From positions 406,968,001 to 407,032,000 of the forward strand of contig OZ024740.1 in the NCBI GenBank assembly GCA_964016885.1: a stretch of DNA of 64,000 nucleotides, given 5' to 3'. Positions 24,314 to 34,960 of this stretch are shown here, piece by piece; the first letter of the stretch is position 1; the number at the start of each line of letters is the position of its first letter. The notes below the pieces were generated by a model, which had not been told where the DNA came from, searched no databases, and saw only the letters and a list, made by a program, of their open reading frames with translations. The stretch is from Eledone cirrhosa (taxonomy: Eukaryota). Made by a program: the position numbers and the translations under genes.

Positions 24314-25269
24314 TTAACTAGGTTCAATCAAGGGCTCTTTATTTTAAAGTAGAGGGAAAAAAGGAAGTTGTCGTATTTATGCCTTTTCCAATGTAATTAC
24401 TGACATACTTGAAATTATTTTAACTAAAGAAGGCAACTGTATCTTAGACTCTGCTGCAACACCTATCTCAGTATATTGAAATATCTGAATAAAACCAACA
24501 AGGGAAATCTTTATGTATTACTTGACCTGATAGACACTGCTGCTAACTCTTTCTGAAAACTCAGCCTAGCATCAAAAAAAAAAAAGCCAGTCATCATACC
24601 TACAAAATGGGATGGTCATGGCTGGAACATATTTGATCATTATTGGCAGAATCATTAGAGCTTATGGCATTCCAACTGTGTTTCCTGAGTCTTGGTACTT
24701 AGTTTATTGATCTCTATTTCTCAAACTACTAAGTTACATGACATAAACAACATACATATATATTCAAACATTGAATGCACTAAAATCACAACGACCTCTA
24801 GAGGTTAAGGGACTGTCCTGTGTGTTCAGCCATTTTTCTGTTGTTTTCACCCACCTTGTTTTGAATTAATTTATTCATATATATATGAGGATGTAGGACA
24901 GAACAAAGGAGACACATAACAAATCAGTCACTGTGGAGGTCACAGAATGTGTTACAACAGCTTTGACAATATATAAACAACCATCTTGTTATTGAACCAA
25001 CCAACTGGAAATTTGTAATAAATTGAAGTGAAAACCAAAGGTGTGTGTTTTTATTGGCAGAATGATCCTTCCAAAGTATAACAATATCTGTTTCAACACA
25101 TGTTTTCAGATAAGAAATCTTGCAAAACAAATCCATGTTATACTTTGGGAGGGTCATGCTGCCAATAAAATCACACACACACCTGTTGGTTTTCATTCCA
25201 ATTTATTACAAATTTCCTACGATTGCTTTTGAAAACAGCTGGTGATATGCATGTAAGTAAATATTCTCT

Positions 25270-25550
25270 TTATCTGATATTTTGTAACTAACCTTACATA
25301 GATCAATAATGGAGTATAGCTACAATGTATTATCATCACCTAGAAACGACCGTAAAGCAGTGAAGTATATCTCTAATGACTTGATTTTTTATTTCATTGT
25401 TTTAACTTATATCATGACTCTGTTTTCCTTTTAATGTTTTATTGTTTTCCGGGATTTATCTTAACCTACAACATTTTCAACATATGGATTACATCGAGTT
25501 CTTCATGCAGAATAGACCCCCACAACTTACTGTGGATACCTCTGTGGATA
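25270..25550 (-). repeat. Diverged copy of the unclassified repeat at about 16690-16940
   Basis: Shared motifs tacatagatc, cctagaaacga(c/t)cgtaaa, tggattacat(c/t)gagttcttcat. Confidence 0.55.
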
Positions 25551-26934
25551 TCTATATATATATATCTATATATATATATGTTTGGATCTAGCTGTTGAAT
25601 TGGCAGGAGCTCAGCTGTGGGGTCCAGAATTTTTCATATATATATATATATATATACACTCCCATACAGAGAGAGCTGACGTGTGTGTGCTTTGTAATGG
25701 TTACTGTTAATAAGATATATATTCTCCACTAATTTGCATTGAGTTATCATTTAAAACTGGTTTGTCTTACTCTTGTAATAATATCAATAACATACATTCA
25801 CACACGATGAATTCCCCACAATTTCAATCACGATGCATTAGTCAACCAGAGGCTATAGTAGGAAGGTATACATAATTAAAGTAGATGTGGTAAAGCAACT
25901 CTGTTAACCAATTCATAATTCACTCACACAAGCATGTATGTGCTCACATACAGTAGTGTGTGTGTGATTGTGTGGAAGTGAAGTTGAGAGTAAACAGTCA
26001 GCTTGCTCTAAATATTCTCACCATTAAAAATTAATCCAATTTTAGCAAAAGACTTTATCAATTCCTTTGGCATTTCATAATGAGAGTGAGACATTGATTA
26101 AATATAGCGTAAATATTCATCTGTAGAAAAGAAATGGAATGATGCTGATATTGTGGCACCTTTATATTTTTGATAGAATCGTTTTTAACCCTTTTATGGC
26201 CATATTCCTGGTGAAATATACTGCAGATCAATTAATGAAGAATTTGAAAGGAATCATTAAAATGATTAATCATCTATTAATTATATTGGAAGGCTTTAAT
26301 TTAAATAGGAACCCTTTAAAATAGATGGTTTTGTTTCATAAAAACAGGATGAGTTGGTATCAAAAGAAGTTAAAATGGTTCCACCAAACTATTTTCCAAG
26401 AAATATAAAATTCAGTGATGGAAATTAGTTTCAGAAACTTGGAGTGTGCTGTGGCATAAGAGGCTAAAATTGGAGTAGACTATAGGCCCCAAACTACCAC
26501 CATTAACTGAAAAGTGGAGCACTGTCCTCCTGCACTTCCACCATTTCTATTACTTAGATTTGAGGGTGTCTTAATTCTTTAGTGAGACTTAGGGGTACTG
26601 TACTGACAAATGGCATATCTTGGGCACTTTAAACCTGGAAGAGCCCATTCCTCTCCAGGTGTGAACACAGCTGATTTCTTCTTGAGAAAAGAGAGACAGA
26701 AAGAGATAAGAGAGATTAAGAATCAACTCCAGTACTGGACTGGTACTATATTTATCAACCTCAAAAGGAAGAAAAGCAAGTGTGATCTTGGTTAAATGAC
26801 TCTACCAATTCATTACATTCTGTTAAGATTGGGAGAAATTTTCTGTTGATTTTAAAATTTAATTTTCGTATTTGAATGTCATTTTGTTGATAATGATGCT
26901 CTATATAAAATTGTTTTTGTTTTTTTTCTTACAG

Positions 26935-26983
26935 GTATAAGGATTTCATGAAAGATTGTCCAAGTGGGGTTTTAAAGAAAGAG
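26935..26983 (+). CDS. Internal exon of neuronal calcium sensor (NCS-1/frequenin-like), EF-hand 1
   Basis: Polypyrimidine tract + ttacag|G TAT AAG...AAA GAG|gtcagt; 49 nt; (W)YKDFMKDCPSGVLKKE matches NCS WYKGFxKDCPSG. Confidence 0.9.
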
Positions 26984-27041
26984 GTCAGTTTTTGTCTCTT
27001 TTACTCTTCAATTCTCCCTTTTTCTCTCATTATTTCTCTCT

Positions 27042-27229
27042 AGGGTGGTGGATTGGCAGTATCGGTAGGGGGTCAGACGCCATGCTTTGCAGCATAGTTA
27101 TGTCCTTTTACGATCTGAGTTCAAATCCCGCCAAGGTTAACTTTGCCTTTCATCCTCATGGGGTGATAAAATAAAGTACCAGTAATGCACTGAGATAATT
27201 GCCTGCCTTGTGCCAAAAGTAGACACAAA
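27042..27229 (+). mobile_element. tRNA-derived SINE family A, full length, with TSD
   Basis: A box TGGCAGTATCGG, B box GTTCAAATC; flanked by 11-bp tatttctctct duplication. Confidence 0.88.
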
Positions 27230-27842
27230 TATTTCTCTCTTTCCCTATTTCTTTTTTCTCTATTTCTCTCCTTTTTTTCTGCTCTTTATTCTCTTGGTTT
27301 TTATTTCTCCGTTTTCCCTTTCCTCTTTTTTCAACCCCCTTATTCTTTTTTTCTTCTATTTCTCTCTTCATTTCTGTCTGCTCTTACTCTTATTTTTTAT
27401 TTCTCCTCTTTTAAAACCCCTTATTTTTGTTCTCTATTTCTCACTCTTTATTTATTCTTCTTAATAACTTCCTCTCTTTATCTCTTCACCTCTATCATGC
27501 CCCTCTCAATTTAAATATGTGTCTGTTTGTCTATGGTAAATATAAAGATGATATTTAGAATCACTATTCCTAACAGATAAAAAAAGATTATAATCAGAAA
27601 ATTAATCCAATTTAATCTATTTGTTACTTTCTATAGATAATCACCGGCTCGTTTTTTGTTCTGTCCACTCTCACTTTATAAATTACCTTTCACCAAGTCA
27701 AGAAATTACTATCAAATAGGCATCCTTTCTAATTATCTTGTCCCAAGAAAAAGATAATTCAACATATTTTATTCCAAACCATCTGAAACCAACCTTTGTT
27801 CTGAATTACAAAATTGTTTATTTAAAATTTTTTATTTTTATG

Positions 27843-28047
27843 TAATAATAATAATGAAATTATTGTGTACAGTGCTCAGGTGCACTACACCTCATTAAAG
27901 GTGCATGTATAGTACATAGAATAATGTACAAATGTCGGGAAAGTGAACAGTGTATGAGTCATGATATGCGTGTGTATTGAGGGAGGATATCAGGTGTAGT
28001 GTTGACAAATTTCAGGAAGCATGGAGCTTTTAAAGGATGCATTGTCT
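27843..28047 (-). mobile_element. LINE 3' end (CR1/L2-like), copy 2
   Basis: Minus strand DNASFKSSMLPEICQHYT* plus UTR and (ATT)n. Confidence 0.5.
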
Positions 28048-28779
28048 TTTGAAAATCAGAGGCAGTGTCTTTCATTAGAAATATGGTAATTAAGGAATTA
28101 ATGTAAAGCTAACTCGGGATTACACTAAGAAACTGATTATAATCTGTGACATTCATCATCATATAATGTTTTCCCTGTTAACAAGAGTTGGACAAGTCAG
28201 TACTTAATTGGAGCCACTGATCTCCCAGATGGACCAGGGGCTGCATCTCACATACATTGCCACACTACAGAGTATGATGTACATTTTAATGTGGCACCAA
28301 CACTAGGCAGGCCATCATGTCTTTGACATAACTGAAGACTCCTTTTTACCCTTTGTTTGGCAAGTTTTCTATGACTGGATGCCTTTCCTATAACCAACCA
28401 TTTTATAGAGTACTGGGTATGTATTATATCACCTACATTAGTGAGGTTGCTCTGTCATAATTGGAGTCTCTTATTTTGGCAAAGTTTCTATGACACAGTG
28501 TTTCTTATCAACCAATTTACAGTGTATTCTGCATGTCTTATGATATTTTCTTAATAATGTTGTTCTTTTGAGTTAGTCTTTAATTATCAAATTCATTCCT
28601 ATCAAACTTTTAATAAAATCTTAATGTATATTAAAGTGTTTACTGGAATAGTTTTAAAAAAACCTTGGCAATAATTTTAATTACTCCTTCGAATAACTTA
28701 GCTAGACAAGCAATACTTTATTTTCATCAAGATTCAGTACATATCTAATTAACATCTCTTTAGAGTTTTTACAGATAAT

Positions 28780-29330
28780 ATAAAACCTTTGTATGTCTTC
28801 CCTCTTATGATCCTTTATCTCCTTTGTGAGGCTCAGGATCCTTAAATCGGCTTTCAGCACTTCTGCCTAAGTCTTCATCTACAGTAGCTTCCTTTCACTT
28901 GGAGCTCTTGGCACTTCTTTACCCAACTACCATTATCCATAGACATCACATCCAATGATATCTCCTCTTTTGTACACTACATCTGATTCCTTTTATATCC
29001 AGTTTCTGTCTCAGCTCATCTATACTTCGTTATTCATGCACACTAATGTCAAATATCCAGCAAAGTATGCTTGCTTTATTCCTTGCCAGTATTTACATAT
29101 CTTGTGCATCAAATGCTTGTCTTGCTATTGTGCAACATCACACAACATACACAAGTGTCATGCAACCTATCCTCCACCCAGAAAAAGAATCCATTTGTTA
29201 CCAGCAGAGATAATAGCTTAGACTTTTTCCACTGTTCTTATTCTGGCTACTATGCTTTCAGAGTGCCTTCCTTCACTGCTAGTTCAGTTACCTAGGTAAC
29301 ATGCTATCAACTACTTCTGGGGAGTATTCT
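28780..29330 (-). pseudogene. Ancient degraded RTE LINE coding relic
   Basis: Minus strand retains VVDS..YLG..SSEG..SESIVARIRT and RLHDTCV..MLHNS...RNKASILCW-like remnants with many frameshifts. Confidence 0.7.
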
Positions 29331-29996
29331 TAACATTGGAAAGAAATCTTTAGAATAAGTATATTTCTAGTCTATACAATTATCCATCTAAAGTAAAATT
29401 CTAATCCTACAACTATTACTAATCTATGCTGAATCTGAAATGTAGAGGACTATTATAGAGCTATTTAAAATATGTAGACTTGACTGTGGTTAAGAAGTTT
29501 GCTTTCCGGCCATGTGAATTTAGGTGGACACTGATTGTGGTGACATTTATTTTTGTCATGCATAAAAGTCACATGTTTTGTTTGTGGTTGACTGGGCATG
29601 CCTGGTAACGTAACAAAGAAACCACAATTTCAGTTACATAGGCTGCTATTCCTAGTACCCAGATCTCTCTTAAATCTTACCTTGTTAAAAAACAAAAACA
29701 AAAAAATGAAAAGACAAATGGAACACAATGTGTAACATAACCCTAGATACATTATTACAAAAAATAAAGCTAATCAGTTGGTACCTCTTTCGTCATGATA
29801 CAGGAGTTGACATAAACAAAATTAATACTATAGATAAGACTCTCACATATACAATGAATCTGTTTAAATCTGTTGAAATATCATTACCATAACACTAATT
29901 AGGCAATTGCTTTTTAGTAATCCAATCTTCGTTATCTTGCAGAAATGAGAGAAAAAAAATGTTAAACTGGTTACAGTGTTATTTAATTCCTTTTAA

Positions 29997-30201
29997 CACT
30001 TTAGCATTTAAACCAGCCATATCTGGCCAGAATTCTCTCAGCTCTTTCTGTTCAAACCAGCTTTAACCGGCCACTCATACTAATGTTAAGGTATTGTTCT
30101 CAGAATAAATAACAAAATCTCATAGATTTGATATTATGTGAGGTAAAGCCTTTACCATGAAAATATAATAGTAAATATAGAGTAATGTAAATACTAATGG
30201 G
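29997..30201. mobile_element. TTAA-flanked MITE, second copy in opposite orientation
   Basis: TTAA-cactttagcattta ... taaatactaatggg-TTAA; interior is the reverse complement of 24110-24313. Confidence 0.85.
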
Positions 30202-30693
30202 TTAACATCTCCCATTTAGCTAAAAATGGCACTTCAGGTTGAATTTTTTCATTTTAGTTGTTGGCCACAATGTAATGTATATATACCTATTATAGTTAGA
30301 TAATAAGTATACATGCTTTATATATACCTATTATCTAACTATAATAGGTATACACTTGGTTTAATTGAACCATCACCAGAGTCTCAATAATCAAATATTC
30401 TTTAATAGCCAACGCATTAAAACATTTTTATTCAAACCTTTCATACCAACCTGTCCAAAACTGCCCCTGGTTCTATGGATCAAAACCATCCATTTTAAAC
30501 AGTTCGTATTTAAATTTAAATTTCCAAACATAATTGTTACAATAATCTTCTATTTTGTTAGAAATACTATCTTAATGAAATGATTGATATGTTTAGTAAA
30601 TCACTCCAAATTCTTCAATTAATTCAAATCCATTAGGAATATGGTAATGAAACGGCTAAATAATTTTTCTTTCTCTTTTGCTTTGTCTTTTAG

Positions 30694-30783
30694 GAATTCC
30701 AGGCAATCTACCAACAGTTCTTCCCCCATGGAGATCCGAGCAGATTTGCTGGTTTTGTTTTTAATGTTTTTGATGATAACAAG
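30694..30783 (+). CDS. Internal exon of neuronal calcium sensor (NCS-1/frequenin-like), into EF-hand 2
   Basis: Polypyrimidine tract + tttag|GAA TTC...AAC AAG|gtgagt; 90 nt, phase 0/0, in frame with the previous exon; [30 protein letters not shown] resembles NCS-1 [29 protein letters not shown]. Confidence 0.93.
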
Positions 30784-32433
30784 GTGAGTGGTCAAACATT
30801 TAAAACCTGATTGCTATGAGAAACTTTATCTTCATTTTTTAGAGTCATATATTTTGTCTCCAGAAATATGGCAACTAAAGGCTGTATCATCATCATTTAA
30901 CATATGTTATCCTTGATAGCAAGGATTGGATAGGTTGTTACAGACAAAGCTAGTTCTGAAGTGGAGCTACTGACCACTCAGACTGTAGTTTGTATCATGC
31001 TTACATGTTTCCATGCTCCAAGGGGATTTTATCATGGCACCAGTACTAAGGATGTTGTCATGTCTTTATCAATGCCTCAAAGACTGAAAGCATCTGCAAA
31101 AATTAGGAGAGCCCAATAAGCACAATCAAGCAAAACCCTCTAAAATCTGTGAATTACTCATACTTGGAAAAAAACATCAAATCCACAGAAAAGGATGTCA
31201 AAATTTATTTCACAGAAGCATGGGCTGTTTCTGATGGCCTCACTGTCCTCTAGAAGTCATTACTATCAGATGATACTCAGAGAAGCTTCTTCTGTGCCAC
31301 TATGGAATCAGTGCTATTGTATATGGCCACTGCTTGAACACCCTAAAAGAGTATCTCAAAAGATATGTGATAAAAAAAAATTAATTCAAACAAGCTATTC
31401 AGAGGTTGTTCTCTGATTTTCCATTCCACTTTTCATCGAAATCTTTGCAACCTGATCATTGATACAATTTCACTTTAACTGGAATCGTGTCAGTGATCAG
31501 GTCATAGAGTGCAATGTTGATTTTGACACCATGACATAAATGAAATAAAAGTAAATTTAAGTTTTTTTAATGTTTCTTTTTTGTTTTGTTTTTTGTTGCT
31601 GTTTTTTTATTATAATGACTAAAATGACTCTTCCATGATACATATTTCTAGATTATATTCTGAGAAATTTTTAATCCAAAATTTTTCTTCCATTGTTTTT
31701 CTTTTTGAATTATAAGTTTTACAATTTAGAGTTTGCTATAAAAAAAATATTTTCCACTTCTTCTGACATAAAACTTCAAATTTCGGGGAGGAGTATAGTC
31801 AATTAAATTGACCCCAGTACTTGACTGGTATTTATTTTATTGACCCTTGGAAGAATAAAGGGCAAAGTTACATTCAACAGAAATTGAATGTAATGTGCCA
31901 TAATTAAATACCACATTTTCTCCAAAGCATTAATGGCCCTTCCTCTAATCATGGCCATCGTTTTACTTGTTCCTCTCATTCTCACTCCTCTTTCACTTTT
32001 CTATTCTTTTTCTAGTTCTTCCACTTCTATTTTTTCTCCTTCACTTGTTCTCTCTTTTCCTTTTTCATTTTATCTTCCACTTTTACTCCCTCTTATGCCT
32101 CTTGCACTACAGTTATTTCCTTTCTCTAATTTGTTTCTGACCTCTTAAAATCTGACATTCATTATTCAGAAAACCCATTAATGGTTAACAAGCAATTTGA
32201 ATAATTTTAGATAGATCTTTAAAATCAATACATTAAATATTAGGGAGTATGATACATTGATATTGAAATAAATACATTTTACATTCTGACATCATCTGAT
32301 ATATAACAAAAGCAGTTAATACAATAAAAGATTTCTCCACATTATTCCCCTTTTTAATTGTTTTTCTATGGAAATATGCCAGATATATATGTGCAAATAT
32401 GGAGAATTATGTTATTATTAATTTAAATATAGT

Positions 32434-32585
32434 GCAGGCATGGCTGTGTGGTTAAGGAGTTTGTTCTATAACCATGTGGTTTCGGGTTCAGTCTCACAGG
32501 GTGGCAACTTGGGCAAGTGGTTTTTACTATAACATTGGATTGACCAATGGCTTGTGAGTGGAATTGATAGATGGAAACTGTGTGT
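32434..32585 (+). mobile_element. Old tRNA/CORE-type SINE
   Basis: gcaggcatggctgtgtggttaag...ggttcagtctc...cttgggcaagtg. Confidence 0.6.
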
Positions 32586-34453
32586 GATTTGAACTCAGAG
32601 TACAAAGATCTAGAACAAACACTAATCAGCATTCTATCTAATGTTCTAACAACTCTGCCAATTCACTGCCTGTGATATTCTAATTGTGATGGTAATGATG
32701 ATAGTACGGTATGGTATGGACCCGTAACTCCTGGGGAGTTGTAGGGGTGCCATATTGACATATAGTGTTTCTAAGGCATTTATTCAACCTGGCAGAGCCC
32801 ATCTCCTCTCTAGGCCTGAATACAGAAGATTTCTTCCAGAGAAGTATAGAGAGAGTGATAGAAAGGAAATGAGAAAGAGATACATAGAGGAAGAATCGAC
32901 ACCAATGCTTGACTGGTACTTTTTTATCGACCTTGAAATTTTTATGAATTACCAAAAGTATTTTTTTTATTAAATATTGTTCTGGTAACAATTTAATATC
33001 TCTAAAGTAGAGAAACTTTGATGAATTGACCACAGGATTGACATTAAGTACGTTTTATTAAACGATAAAATCAAAAAGCTCATCAGGAAGCATGCCTTTG
33101 GCAATCCCAGGGCACATCTCTTACTAAGCCCCATCTGCCCCACTATAAATTTAGTCCTGAAGATAGATACAAGTTGTGACCTTCAACAGTTTTTCTAGGG
33201 GCATTAATGGCATAATGTCAAGTGACAGTGACATTAAGCAGAAATCAAAATAAGCCAATGGACATTACTCAGCTGAGTAGTACAGCAATGATGATACAAT
33301 TAATTTCTTTTGACTAAATAATGTTTTAAGTTGGGGAGATATAGTCATTTCAGTTGATTCAGTAAATAACTGGTATTCATTCTTATCAGGATTGGAGAGA
33401 TTAAATAAAAGAAAAATTCCAATAAAGTGCTGCCATTGAAATATTGCTTTCTAACATTGGTCCAAGGCCACAAATTTTGGTGACTGGATTTCTAATATTT
33501 TTCAAATAATGTTTAATATAATGAAGAATATTGACATATTTGATAAAATAACTAACTTCTAAGTTATTAAACTAGTGTGCTAAACAAAATTTTAAAAAAC
33601 GTTTTATCAGAAAATTATGATTGAAATATAAAGACTTTAAAATGGATAGTTTGTATCATAGAAGCAAGGGTGATCCCAGGCAGATTGGTGTTAAAAGGGT
33701 TAGCCTGACTCCAGTACTTAACTGGTACTTATATTTTATTGACACCAAAAGGATGAAAGACACAGTTCATCATAATAGGATTTGAACTCAGAACATAAAG
33801 AACAACAATGAAATACCACAAGGATTTAGTCACACATCTGGCAATCCTCAATAATGTTTATAATGATGAAAATAATTTATTTCTTTGTTAGCATAAAGTG
33901 AAAGTTGTATACATAAGGTTTCACACAAGTGTCGTGCCACCACTTCATACTTTTCAATGTTGTTTTGTTATAGATGGTAAGTTGGAATAATATGTATGTG
34001 GAATCTATATATGTGGACGGCCTGCCCGCCCAGCCAGTGGGATGGCGTTATCTTATGGCTAAAACAGCATAATGTGCTGTGACCAGCGGTGTCGATTGGT
34101 GCCCGACAGACTGGTTGGTCAAGGTGATCAAGGTGATATATGTGAAAGAACGGACGTAAAACGGTGATGATGATGATATATTAATATTATTGAGATTAAT
34201 GATAAATTCTGTTGAGTGATTCTAATCTGTTGTAAAATTAACTTTGTTGAATAATCAACAAACCAAATAACTCATTGTTTATATATATATATATATAACG
34301 AAGGTAATGTGGTAAGGAACCAGATGGACCATAACGCACCAAAGTACTCAATACTTAGGGTAGTAGAGTGGGTAATAGGAACGAGTAGGACCCTGACGGC
34401 TGAGCTCAAGCCATTATATATATGTATATATACTATATATGTGTATATATGTA

Positions 34454-34790
34454 TGGCTTAGTGGTTAGAGCATTGGCCTTGTAATCGAAAGGTTGTGAGT
34501 TCAATTCTCAGACCGGGTGATGTGTTGTTTCCTTGAGCAAGACACGTTATTTCACATTGCTCCAGTTTACTCAGCTGTAGAAATGAGATGATAGGGACTG
34601 GGGTCCCTATCATTCCACTGTAAAGTGGACGTGGAGGTGCCACGGCAAAAAAGCACCCAGCACTCACTGTAAATGAGGTTGGTGTTAGGAAGGGCATCCA
34701 GCTGTAGAAATGAAGCCAGAATCAGTTCCCGTCCCACCCCTGCAAGCAGGGAAAAGCAGACGTAGAATGAAATGATGAAATGAAATGATG
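34454..34790 (+). mobile_element. tRNA-CORE SINE family B with RTE-derived tail
   Basis: A box TGGCTTAGTGG, B box GTTCAATTC, CORE-like tccttgagcaagacac, 3' part matches RTE-B UTR 6120-6265, ATG/AAATG tail. Confidence 0.88.
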
Positions 34791-34843
34791 TATATATGAA
34801 GAAGAAGTTTATGAAACGGAAATGCAGGTATAAAGAATTAATT

Positions 34844-34960
34844 AGGTAACAATTGTTTCTATAGTGTGTGGGTTACCTATACCTCGCTATTTGTATAATA
34901 TAAAAATATTATCATAAATCGTAGGTACACTGTAAGAGAACACACCATGTCGTCAGACCT
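34844..34960 (-). ncRNA. Hammerhead ribozyme with 90-nt extended stem II (pseudo-LTR copy 1)
   Basis: Reverse complement: aggt-CTGACGA-[c atggtgtgt ...acacactat a; 90 nt]-GAAAC-aatt-GTT-acct; palindromic stem III AACAATTGTT. Confidence 0.7.

Noticed and set aside
34454-34530. tRNA genes at SINE heads
   Set aside because: A/B boxes are followed by CORE and LINE-derived tails; no complete cloverleaf.
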